Origin: Octopus bimaculoides
Taxonomy: Eukaryota
Assembly (NCBI RefSeq): GCF_001194135.2
Contig: NC_068991.1
Location: forward strand, 48,875,715 to 48,926,733
DNA length: 51,019 bases
Reading direction: 5' to 3'
A program made the position numbers and the translations under genes. Numbering within the stretch: position 1 is the first letter of the stretch; the number at the start of each line of letters is the position of its first letter. Shown one piece after another: positions 1 to 11,924 of this stretch. Below the pieces are notes generated by a model. That model saw only the letters and a program-made list of their open reading frames with translations, searched no databases and was not told where the DNA came from.

Positions 1-49
<49 letters not shown>

Positions 50-227
50 GTTACATTTTACTTGTACACCTGAATATATTTAGTTCTATCTATCTCTTTG
101 TGTGTGTATGTGTGTGTGTGTATATCTATATACATAAATGTATATATGTTTAATTATACATGTGTTTAACTGCATCACTACCTCTCTATGTATGTATATC
201 TCTATATATGCATGTATGCATATGTAT

Positions 228-384
228 GTCGCACGAAGCGGTATTTCACCCGTCGCTACGTTCATGTGTTCAAAATTCCGCCGCGGTCGAATTTGGTTTT
301 TGATCCTTTCGGGTCGATTAAATAACTGCCAGTTATGCACTGGGTTGTATGAAATTTCAGGGATTGTGCTTATAGTAGAAATCA
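228..384 (+). mobile_element. SINE family B (tRNA-derived), 5'-truncated copy
   Basis: Matches the near-complete copy at 49504-49717 (GCGGTATTTC...GTTCAAATTCCGCC..GGTCGA..TTTG..TTT.ATCCTTTCGGG.TCGAT) and ends in an (ATT)n tract. Confidence 0.75.
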
Positions 385-416
<32 letters not shown>

Positions 417-433
417 GCTGTTGTTGTTGTTGT

Positions 434-685
434 TAAGGCAGTAAGCTGGCAAAATCATTAGCACGCTGGACAAAATGCTTAGCGGTATTCCGTCCGTCGC
501 TATGTTCTGTGTTCAAATTCCGCCGAGTTCTGACGCGTGGTACACCGCGCACCTGTTCAAACAACGTCGATTTGATGGAGAGAGTGTGAACTAGTGTATG
601 GCACATACATTTGATCACTATAAACAAAACATTTGTGCAGGCCGTTCAGCAAAAGCTGAACACTTATACTTCGTTTTCCACGCGA
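434..685 (+). mobile_element. Chimeric SINE: family B head (434-525) joined to family D 3' half (526-685)
   Basis: The head AGCTGGCAAAATCATTAGCACG...GTTCAAATTCCGCCGAG matches 49504ff. It then switches to GTGGTACACCGCGCACCTG...TTTGATCACTATAAA...GCAAAAGCTGAAC, which matches 14790-14905. Confidence 0.7.
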
Positions 686-1711
686 GAGTTCATGTTCATA
701 TTTACTACTATTATTATTACTACTACTATTACTTGGTCGCATCCATAAGGTTGATGACCAGTAGCAGCGTTAGGATATAGAATTATTATAAATAAAACTG
801 TCTCTATTCGTATAAGATCTTTTGTGTGGAATTTTGAAAGGAGATAATAAAATGTCAAAAGAGCATGTTCTCTAAATACGCATACGATTTGATATATTTT
901 GCGCAAGAAATGTCATTTGAAAGTTGTTTAATATATTGCGTGATATTAATTTTCGGAAGTTACTTCTTTCACACATTTTATCCGTATGCAATATATATAT
1001 ATGTATATATATATATNNNNNNNNNNNNNNNNNNNNNNNNNNNNNNNNNNNNNNNNNNNNNNNNNNNNNNNNNNNNNNNNNNNNNNNNNNNNNNNNNNNN
1101 NNNNNNNNNNNNNNNNNNNNNNNNNNNNNNNNNNNNNNNNNNNNNNNNNNNNNNNNNNNNNNNNNNNNNNNNNNNNNNNNNNNNNNNNNNNNNNNNNNNN
1201 NNNNNNNTATATATATATATATATATATGCACACACACAAATGTATGTATTTATATATATTTATACATACCTGCATACATACATATATACATACATACAT
1301 ACATACATACATACATACATGCATACATAAGAATGTGTGGGTGTGAGTATTTGCGTGAATGTGTGTACATCTATATCTATGATACACAAATATTTGTATA
1401 TAGATTTCGAGATGATAAATCAATATCAACACTTCCAGTTTTATTTTATATCTTGATATATGTAGTGAGAGGAATTATCATTCTTGCCACTACACTTCAT
1501 TTGGCAGTTTATAAATTCAGAAGAACTGTTTGCGTTAAAATCATTATGGATACACAAAACAGTGAGAATGATGTCACAGCGTGTACATTCATTGTGGCAC
1601 AGTCTGCTAGTGTGGGATGTGAAAAGCATTGTTTTGTCGGATTCCGATCCGAAGAATGTTTTCTCCCTGTTGATGGAGAGTTTTGCACGCCCCCCCCCCA
1701 CCAACACACGC

Positions 1712-1753
<42 letters not shown>

Positions 1754-1951
1754 ACGAGGGTATCAAACTGTAAGAATGAGTGCTGAACGCCGCTTAGGGG
1801 TTAAATGTTCTTTATCTATGGATTAATAATTCCTTCCAATAAATCTATTGATAGAATTGTTGAAGTATAAAAATGTATATATATATTTATATATATATTA
1901 ATATATCTTTGTGTGCGTGTATGTGTGTGTGTGTTTATTTGTGTGTGTGTG

Positions 1952-1982
<31 letters not shown>

Positions 1983-2378
1983 ATGGCCTGCATGTATGTA
2001 TGCATGTATGTATCTATACGTGTAAACTTATATCTAACATGTTTGAGTGTATTCGAACGAGAGAAGATCTTCTCCTGTGGGAAGAGTCCCTACCCAACTC
2101 ATAACTGAAAACATATCGCAAGCTATGAAATTACTTATTTTGATTTAAGGACGTATGCGTTTCTACGCGCTTCCGCTTCGTTATCTTCGAACAACAAATT
2201 TGTCATTCACACCCTTTTATGTACGGAATTATTCTTATTCAAAGAGTATACCGTAAATACAAAACAAACGTGTCCTAGATCCAGTAATGGCATTTATGTC
2301 ACAGTATGAGATTTTACACATGTCTAGGAAACCATTTTCTTCCGGGAGTATTTCCACAGCGACAAATATTTTTCTCAC

Positions 2379-2545
2379 GGAATTTGAATTGGGAACGTAA
2401 AGACGGACGAAATACTGTCTGTCTTTACGTTCTGAGTGAAAATTCCACCGAAGTCGACTTCGCCTTTCATTCTTTCGTGGTAGATGAAATAAGTACGAAT
2501 TGCGCACCGGAGCCACTGTATTCCACTAACACTCTCCCCACAAGT
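2379..2545. mobile_element. SINE family B fragment with inverted 5' part (fold-back)
   Basis: 2379-2415 is the reverse complement of the SINE-B segment GTATTTCGTCCGTCTTTACGTTC...CAAATTCC; 2417-2545 is the same segment in + orientation continuing into the SINE body. Confidence 0.75.
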
Positions 2546-2564
2546 ATTAGGCCTTCTTTCATAA

Positions 2565-2767
2565 TCTAAGAATGTGGAATCATATCGTATGCCTTACGAT
2601 AATCGATCCATCACATGGCTAAGTCAGTTTTCCTCCTCATGCAGTCTTTAAGTACAGTTTTGTCTACCAGGAGTTATTCCTTAATACTTCTGCACTTACG
2701 TTTGCAGCCCTTCTGCTCATGTGACAAGACTCCATTTTTCCAGATGTCTGTACATTGACTTTGCGAC

Positions 2768-2768
<1 letters not shown>
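2565..2768 (-). mobile_element. R4/Dong-like non-LTR retrotransposon, reverse transcriptase fragment (decayed)
   Basis: Minus-strand translation [48 protein letters not shown] resembles the EQKG...DQLLIDK...WIDY.KAYD.VPH RT motifs of RLE-bearing LINEs; two in-frame stops. Confidence 0.85.
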
Positions 2769-2769
<1 letters not shown>

Positions 2770-2813
<44 letters not shown>

Positions 2814-2883
2814 TTATGTTTGACTTTTGTTTTTCATTTGTACAAGTTGGATCCAAGTCTCACCCGAGACCTCAAGAGACAAT

Positions 2884-2942
<59 letters not shown>

Positions 2943-2995
2943 GTTGTTGTTGTTGTTGTTGATGATGATGATGTTTTTGTTGTTGTCGTAATCGT
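2770..2995. repeat. (ATT)n/(GTT)n/(GAT)n tracts enclosing a ~70-bp LINE-like 3' end (2815-2885, minus)
   Basis: Direct reading. The 70-bp core (minus: CTCTTGAGGTCTCGGGTGAGACTTGGATCCAACTTGTACAAATG...(AAT)n) resembles 16105-16180. Confidence 0.75.
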
Positions 2996-2999
2996 TTTA

Positions 3000-3597
3000 C
3001 TTCTCAGAACGCTCGGTCTTGTTCATTCTGGCTGATCTGGTTATACTGGGAGAGCGGACAGCAGCCTGTCAGAAGTCAATTTCTGCGCATTATATGCTTT
3101 GATATTTGGTTGTTAATTATCGTGGGAGACATTCAATATACAAGGACGAATCTCAAAATCCTAGCTGTCTCCAGCAGAGCAGTTTTTTGGGTTTGCTTTG
3201 CTCTCATGTCAATTCCGATTTCTCTGACATATTTCTCGAACTTGGTTGTTAGTGCTCCGAGTGCCGTTACAACTACTGGAATGACAGACACTCTCCTCAT
3301 AACCCACATTCTTGCAATTTTGTCTTTTAATAGACTGTATTTTTCAAACTTTTCTAGTTCTTTGTCACTTATGCGTGCGTCCCCAGGTATAAAATATCTG
3401 TAATCTTGGTTTACTTTTGTCTTTTTAACGACAACAATACCTAGTCTCTGAGCATCGATTAGGGAATGATATTTGATTGTAAAATCCCACCGTATCTTAT
3501 ATTCCTTGTTCTCAATGACTCCTTGTGGTTCATGTTCGAACCATTTCCGTGCTCTGTTCAGGCCGTACTTTTCACATAGCCTCCAGTTGACGAGCTT
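3000..3597 (-). mobile_element. R4/Dong-like LINE, restriction-like endonuclease (RLE) C-terminus plus 3' UTR
   Basis: Minus translation LVNWRLCEKYGLNRARKWFEHEPQGVIENKEYKIRWDFTIKYHSLIDAQRLGIVVVKK...IPGDARISDKELEKFEKY...IPVVVTALGAL...QKTALLETARILR carries degenerate WDF..., RPDIVV, E..K..KY and ALG motifs of the RLE domain; flanked by (ATT)n at 3598-3672. Confidence 0.88.
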
Positions 3598-3613
3598 AAT
3601 ATTATTATTATTA

Positions 3614-3672
<59 letters not shown>

Positions 3673-3934
3673 AACTGTTGCTGCTATTATTAAATAATGA
3701 AGTCTACGGATCGTTTTATGGATCAGGAAAGTCTTTCATGAAGATAAGACTCAACAGTTAGTTAGCAATAACAACGAAAGGAAAAGCGCTATCATAGCCA
3801 CAGGAGGATTAATGTAAACCTTGACAAAACAATAGCCAATAATTAACTACGTGGTCTCTAATTACCCAACCTTAATCCACAAGACACAACTCTACATGCA
3901 TGATGCACTTGTAGCCTTAACATAATGGCTGTTT

Positions 3935-4225
3935 TATGTGAAGGCAGGTGACTTAGTGACAAGCGAAATCGGCTAACGATAGTAAAATCGTGAGTTCGAT
4001 TTCCGGTGGCGCGTTGTGCCTCTTGAGCAAGGCACTTTATTTTACTTTGTTCCAGTCCACTCAACAAAATGATTTGTACCTTTAATTCAAAGAACCATCA
4101 TTGTCGCATTCTATGTCACGCTGAATTTCCCTGAAAACTATGTTAGGTGTATGCGTATCTATAAAGTACTCAGCCACTTCCCGTTAATTTTATGAGCAGG
4201 CTGTTCCTGCTGATCGAAGTGTCTT
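3935..4225 (+). mobile_element. SINE family C (tRNA-derived), diverged copy
   Basis: B-box-like GAGTTCGATTTCC, then GCGTTGTGCCTCTTGAGCAAGGCACTTTA and GTCACGCTGAAT.TCCCTGA.AACTA...CTCAGCCACTT shared (inverted) with 19355-19535 and 40064-40372. Confidence 0.75.
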
Positions 4226-4448
4226 TCTTAAACTATGAGAATGAAGAAGCTGAAAAACGATAATGTGATTTCTAAAAATAAAAAGCATCCCTATCGTAAT
4301 ACTAACAATAGGTGACTTAGGAAATATCAGAACCATGCAGACGAATTCCAACCTTAATTCCAACCACGATATTTATAATATGAGTGTATATAACATTGAG
4401 TAAACGACAAAACCAAACCAAAACACGCACAGACTCACGCACAAATAC

Positions 4449-4495
<47 letters not shown>

Positions 4496-6704
4496 CGTGT
4501 GACGGGCATGCAAGCACTACTTTACCCTTGTCATTAATTTATATGTAAAACAATGGCATTTCTTCGTTCGATTTTTGTTTGAGTTGAAAGATTTCAACTG
4601 AAGTTCACGTTATTTATTAATAAACATATCATTCTATTGTAGTGGTATTTACTAATATATTTTAATGTTCATTATTATTAACACTACACTATATCAATGC
4701 ACGCACACATAAACACACACACACATACATACATACATACATACATACATACATACATACATACACACATACAATTCAGTTACCAAGTATCATAAAGATT
4801 TCATAACGTTTATACGATGAGGTTTTGCTTAATAATATCACAAATCACAAAAACGAGGCATTGAAGCGAAATAACTTCAAAATAAATTTAGTTGAATAAA
4901 AGAACATTGCGATGATATATGAAAAAACGTTGAGGTAGAGTCCAGCTTTAAATATTGACGTTTGCACCAGTATTTCCAATAAACCTTTGAAGAATCTGTT
5001 AGAAAAACATTAACATCAAAAGAATTTTTAGCAAGAATTTTAGATATCAAGTTGAGTTATTCTCGTACAAACCTCTTTCTATCGTTATTTGGCTATTCTC
5101 AGTAATATATAAATTTATTACTTCAAGGACATCGAACCAAATTTATTCAAGAACTACGAAACAAGTAAGTCTTGGAAGTTGTCTTTAGAGAGAAAAAAAA
5201 GCCAAAGACTGTATATTGCATAAAGGGATTAACTATGTAATTTAATTATTAAAATATGAATTGATTTCACAGTATAACAATTGAAATTTAAGTTCTATTA
5301 ACAACACATGTGTGTGAGTGCATGTGTATGTGTGTGTGTGTGTGTGAGTGTATATATATGGATATGTATATATATACAACGGTGGTGCCCCAGCATGACC
5401 ACAGCTTTAAAGCTCAAGCAATTTAAAGATTTAAAGAGACATGCATATGCACATTCCGCACATATGTATCCATGCATGTACTAACATCTATTCAAAGACA
5501 CCTCTTGACAAACGTTTCATTTTTAAAAGTTTCTTTTTAGGAAACAGAAATACTATCATATATTAATAGGTATACCAAGAGGTAACATTTACACCAGTAA
5601 CATTTACAGGATTCGGATTCGAGGTGAAACGGTTAACCTTTTCCCATGCCAAAAATATTCATACAGAGAAATGGAATTAACCTTTACTTTCTAACATTGA
5701 CTAATATTTCCTTGCAGAATATTAAATCTCATAAAGCTATCTAAATATTAAATTCTTACACAGAGGAATTCACTCTGATACGAAAATATACTTTAGTTAT
5801 TTATATATTGCAAGCATATAACACACACACATATATAAATATANNNNNNNNNNNNNNNNNNNNNNNNNNNNNNNNNNNNNATATATATATATATACGCGT
5901 TAGAATTCTGTAGATACTAACAATAATTATAAGCTTAAAGCTTACAAGTGATCAGCGTGTATTGGTTAAAGAAAATAATCTAATATTGGGTTATATAAAC
6001 CCTCGACAGATAAAAGTGGGCTTAAAAACTTTAAGTTTATAATTACTATTAATATTTACAGAATTGTGACTCGTCACCACTTCTCCATTTAAAGCAGAAA
6101 ACGCACATGCTTGTTGATTTAAAAAGACAACACCATGAAATTACGGCTCTTAAATCTAGACAACATCACTGAATGGGCTCGTTGGTGCAATCATTCAGCA
6201 CACATACCACTACCATAAGAGATACTAGTTCAGTTCCCATTCGTACAGAAAGCTCACATCTTTTTTTTTCCGTCGTGAGCTTCTATGCTCCAATATTAGA
6301 CCGTTCTTCTTTTTAGCCAATACATGGGGAACGCTTATAAACTTTGAGTTTACAATGAAAAAAGGGGCATCGGAGAAGCGATTCGTACCCTAAGTGCAGA
6401 TAAATGTTTTAGCACATTACAGTGTTGGTTACAATGCGTTGCTTACCCATCCGTTTTAATTGAACTGAATGAATTTTTCTTTTAAGTATCACCATTATCT
6501 GTGATCATACACCGGTGAAATTAAGAAATCAACTCGTAAATCTTCGAATCCATCGCTGTACACACACATGCACGCGCGCACGCACACACACAGTCGCATA
6601 TGCATGCATGTATGTATGTATGTACACGTACGTGTCTACGCGCATAGGTAACCATGATCTAAACACACGCAGACGAGGGTCGATTCATATGAAAAGGAAA
6701 GTGA

Positions 6705-6895
6705 ACAAAATAATATGACCACTTGCTAATGGGAAATTTGTAATGTTCATCATTTTGAGCCACTCACCCAATGAATATTTCTGACAAATGTGGTGAAAAT
6801 CCGTTCAGCCGTTTTCCAGTAATTTTGTAAACACATAGACAAACAAAGACTGTGATTACAATACCCAGCTTTCGCTTACACGCGCTGGATGGTTA
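6705..6895 (+). mobile_element. Possible non-autonomous Helitron/Helentron-like (DINE-1/HINE-type) element
   Basis: AAAATCCGTTCAGCCGTTT...ACACATAGACAAACAAAGAC...GTGATTACAATACC followed by a GC-rich stem-loop (CCAGC 6865-69 / GCTGG 6884-88) and TT; the layout resembles such elements, no homology search done. Confidence 0.3.
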
Positions 6896-7789
6896 TTATT
6901 ATTATTTACAGAATATATATATTGTCGTAAAATATGCATTGAAACCACTCTAATAAATTAGTGGTAAAGTAGTAATATTTTCATTTTCAGAGAGATGTCT
7001 GTGACTTAAAATTATGAAAATTCATCATATACTATTCACATAAACGTTCATGAAACCAAATTATTATGCAGTTTCATTATTTATCAGTGAAAAAATTCAA
7101 CACATGCATTAGGTCTTCTGATGTACATACATTAAAGTTATTTCGTCTTTAATGGAAAGTCAGAATGGTGAGAATATGAGAAGAGGCATTAGAGATTGAT
7201 GTGAAAATATAACGTTCAAAAGCCTTTATTCAAACACCAACATCCGAAAATGAGTTCGTGTTTAGCCTTTCGTTCCATCTTCAAACTCTACCGAAAAGTT
7301 TTCGAACACTAGAATTTCAGTTAAGTGGCCCTCATTTTTATTCTCCGGGAATTCGATAGAACTAGTCAGACATTTGTCAAGAAATAATATATATAAGTGT
7401 ACGAGTATCTGTGTACGCGTGCAATTGTTCTGCACAGTTTCCAGTTCAAATATTAAGCATAGTTGAAGTCGGTGCTATGGCGAAAGATCCTGGCCCAATG
7501 TTCCACGCACTCGAATTGAAATCAGAACCACATGGTTTCGAGTCAATCTTATTAATCACACAACTATACAGGCATTGGGTAGTTGAAAGTTTAAATATTT
7601 ATCTATACATGCAACATACATGTGCGCGCGCGCGTGTGTGTGTGTGCGTATAAATGTATAGATAAATTGTTTGAAGTGGTGTATAGATTTTATATATTAA
7701 GAAAATTGCTGTACGTATTCACAAGTTTGGATAATTATTTATTTAACGCTTTCATCTCGTTTCGGAGAATAACACGCAAACGCACATAT

Positions 7790-7826
<37 letters not shown>

Positions 7827-7911
7827 ATAGATATGTGTATATATATGCACGTATATATACACATCTTTATATATATATATATATGTATTTATATCTCCAT
7901 CNNNNNNNNNN

Positions 7912-7980
<69 letters not shown>

Positions 7981-9099
7981 ATAGATATGTGTATATATAT
8001 GCACGTATATATACACATCTTTATATATATATATATATGTATTTATATCTCCATCTTTGTATTTATCTAACTATATAGTTATATATGTTTGCATATAAAT
8101 ATATGTGGGGGTGGTGAATAACTTATGGTAGTGTTACGATAATTATTCTACAAGTACACCTCGAATAATTTCAGTTCATCATCTGCAATGAAAAATGTCT
8201 TACGTTCTTGTTGCTTAATCTTTGTCTGAGTATTTTATTATTCACCGGATTCCAGCAGTATTTCCCGCACAACTTTATTGTCCTTGCTTTCTCTTTCCTC
8301 GTCATTTCTATTCTTGCATTTCCGCAATTTCCCTTTACCTAAAACAAGGGTCACTGAGGGCAGGTCAGACTCAAAACTGTCCCCTTACGCATGCAAAATT
8401 TGAATATGATGAAGACTGCTTCATAAATTTATTCATAAGCGTTTAAATGAAGTGAATATCATTTTCGATGTAAATTCTTATATTATTTATAACTTTAACT
8501 ATTTATAGTTGATTGATTCTTATTTTTACGAAACAAGACTTCAGCAGGATGATAATTCTTGTAAGGTTTCTTGTATTATCTGCATTAAGTGCGGGGAGAA
8601 TATATTAATGCTTTTGATCATCGATTTCCTCGACTAACGTTGACAAGAGGCTATACACAAACAATATCAAGCAAGCCAACGAGAGAACAACAAGGGGTTC
8701 ACTCTGTATATGCTAGAAATAGCAGTCAAGTTTCGTCAAATTGCTCCATACTCTCTTAAAAAATGCCCTTATACCGTACAAGTGGCCGACCTATATTGCA
8801 TCGGGAATTTTCAAGCTGACCAGAAAAAGATTTGTTTTTTTATTCAACCAATATTCACGTAAATGATGTGTCCACGTCGTTGTATCTGAGACTTTCATGA
8901 GAAAGCTTCTATACCAGGTATTCTACACATTTCCAGGACAGTGCTATTCTTTATTCTGTCATCTCACTTAACCTTGAATCATTGCCCAAGACATCTCATA
9001 TGACAGCTGTTTAGTTGACTGATGTGTTTACGATAAGGTCTCCATGTCACTACTCTATATGAAAGACTTTTAGGACAACTGACTTATGCGTGTCTATTT

Positions 9100-9240
9100 T
9101 TGTGTTGTAAGAAGCTTGCTTCCCAACCACATTGTTCCAGGTTCAGTCCCACAGCGTGTAACCTTGGGTGAGTGTCTTCTACTATAGCCTGGATCTGGTA
9201 GGCGGAAACTGAAAGAAACACATCGTATATATGTGTGTCT

Positions 9241-9297
<57 letters not shown>

Positions 9298-9553
9298 NNN
9301 NNNNNNNNNNNNNNNNNNNNNNNNNNNNNNNNNNNNNNNNNNNNNNNNNNNNNNNNNNNNNCAACATCGCTTGACGACCGGTGTTTGTGTGTTTACGTTC
9401 CCGTAAATTAACGGTTCGGCAAAAGAAGCCGATAGAAGAAATGCTAGGCTTACAAAGAATAAGTCTTAGGGTCGATTTGTTCGACTAAAGGCGGTGCTCC
9501 AGCATGGCAGCAATTAAATGACTGAAACAACTAAGAGAATAAAAAAATAAAGA
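9100..9553 (+). mobile_element. SINE family A (tRNA-derived) with internal (TG)n and assembly gap
   Basis: B-box GGTTCAGTCCC, body GGAAACTGAAAGAA...CAACATCGCTTGAC, 3' end GGCGGTGCTCCAGCATGG...AAATGACTGAAACAA; matches 39203-39619. Confidence 0.9.
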
Positions 9554-10652
9554 ATGTATATTGCTGCCATCGATCACGCAAGAGGCGTACTTTTCTACTC
9601 ATCTGTGGAATTGTGACGTCGTACCAATAATATCCTTTTCTAATACTAAACAGTCATCGTTTTTAATTATTCAGCATCGAAGACGATGTTTCTGTGTTTT
9701 TCTGCGTACGTATTTCTCTATGAATCATTGCTTAGAATTTCTTGACGTTTTCTTTATATTTAGATTTTTATTCCTACTTTCCTCAAAGTTAATGTTTGAT
9801 GTCACGTTTTTGACGTAGAATCGTACTTTCTTGAAAGAAAGTTTCCATTCCTGGAGACAATTTAGTTTTAAAGTTGTAGTCTCCTAAATGTAATCTTGAG
9901 AACAATGTGTGGTCACCTGAAATTCTCCAAAGGTACATTGTTTCTTATAGCTGTAATTATGTTCATGGAAAGAAATGCTGAACAAAGTCATGCTTTCATG
10001 AAACATTCAGAAAGAAATATTCCCTATTTCTATGACTAACATATTTATGTGTAAAAGTCTGTGTATGTATGTAAGAGTGTATGTGCGTGTGCGTATGCAT
10101 ATAGATGCATGTGTTTTTACGTACGTTTGTATGCAGGTGAGTGAGTTTGGGTCTACCCACTTGAAACACAGTTCTTTACTAACTTAACTGTTTGTCTTTA
10201 TATTTTCTTTCTTGTTTATCTATACGCGTCTTTTTTTCTCTCTCTCTGGCTTTCAGTCTCTCTCCCTCACTCTCTCTCTCTCTCTCTCTCACACACACAT
10301 TTTCCATATATATTAGCCCTTTGTGTAACGCACAAACTGGCATATGGATACGCGAACTTACGTATCATATCACACACACATATATGCATGTATATATATA
10401 TATATATATATGTATGCATGTATGTATGTATGTATATATATATATTTATTAATTTATGTATGTATATGTATATGCGCACATAAATGCATTTATATCCCCA
10501 TACTCTCACACACATATATATATATACATACATTTATATATATGTGTGTGTGTGCGTGTGCGTGTGTGTGTTTGTGTGTTTGTATAAACATATATATTTA
10601 TATGTATATGCATATATATCGTATATAAACATATATATGTATCTACGCACGT

Positions 10653-10708
<56 letters not shown>

Positions 10709-10886
10709 GTACTGGTGTATTAACTGAAGCTATGAATTTCATGAATTTGTAGAATTTTCGTGAGTGTCAGTTCCCGAAGCTACATTCTGCTTTCATATTG
10801 AAATTTCCTATATTGATTCTCGGCAATGCGACATCACCTCCAATTACATCTGTCATCACATTATACTGTCCTCCTAGCCTTTAGGC

Positions 10887-11924
10887 ATGCTACTGCCGAG
10901 AGAACCATATCTTACTAAAAGCAATAATAACGACGAGTTTTTTTTTTTTTTTATCACACATAGTCAGAGAGGTAATTATTTGGTTTCTAGCTTGACCCGT
11001 CATTTTCCAAAGACAAATATCACAACAATATTCCAATTTTATTTCACATCACACAAACTTATCTCTTACAATTGTTGCTGTTGTTTTGTCACATGGAGTC
11101 TTCACCAAGCAGACCAATATTCAAAGGCTTATAACCATGGCAAAAGTATGTTTTTTTATGATTGTTTAGTATTTTCCTTTTTTCTTTATAATAGTAAGAT
11201 GTGATCTGAGCAAACTTTGGTTGCACTTTTCACCAGGTTGAACGATCTATTTGAGGTTTTGGTATTGATTCATTTACGATTGACGCTAAAATTTGAAATA
11301 CTTCCTCTTAAAAGAACTACAAACCAAGCTATTTGTAACTATATATACTTTGCAAATGAACCCCAACCCTTGTTTAAAGTTAACGATGAAACAAAACTAA
11401 TCAAGATGACTAGAAAAATATTGCAAGATACTGTAGATTTAAAAGAGAGGGTTTCTGTTCCTCATCCTCTAAACGCTAAAATACGAGAGTTTCTTGCAGT
11501 CAAACTACCTAATATGAGATGGTCTTGTTTTTAGCAAAACATGGTCTACCAGCTAAATTACCCTAATGGTAACCACACTACATCTACGTCTCTTACAAAA
11601 AGGTTAGACATTCACCTACAAGAAGAGACCGCACGAAACTACCTTAAATTCATCTACAGGGTCATTCCGTATGAAATCACTGAAGGTTTCAAAAGTGCTC
11701 AAAGGTCATATTTTAGATTTAACTCAAAATTTGCTTCTGCGGGGAAACAGAGATCTGAAAATTTCTGGCTAATTACTGAATACATTCAAAAGTTTTTGAC
11801 CTTTGAAATTTAGCAAACAGCGAAAATTGCATGGCAAGAGCTTAAAGAAGAATTTTTGCAACTTTGGCAGACCATTGCTTAAGAAGCGAGAATGGAAACA
11901 CTCTGCAATTTGGTACCTGAATAA
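10887..11924 (+). pseudogene. Unassigned decayed coding-like segment (possibly transposase- or virus-derived)
   Basis: Three listed ORFs (10887-11204, 11217-11534, 11541-11813) lie in one frame and the frame continues to 11924: 346 codons with only 4 internal stops. No family recognised. Confidence 0.4.

Noticed and set aside
7790-8052. ~110-bp direct repeat
   Set aside because: Near-identical sequence on both sides of a 10-N gap: typical unmerged contig overlap.
8204-8338. Minus-strand 135-nt segment with AG/GT borders and an open frame (VKGNCGNARIEMTRKEKARTIKLCGKYCW...)
   Set aside because: Looks like an exon, but mixing frames gives EM..KE...VREILLES.., resembling the post-YMDD region of the RLE LINEs; more likely an old LINE fragment. 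Not resolved without RNA-seq.
9770-9908. Minus-strand peptide GDHTLFSRLHLGDYNFKTKLSPGMETFFQES after a CAG
   Set aside because: Weak polypyrimidine tract, weak donor, no recognisable homology.
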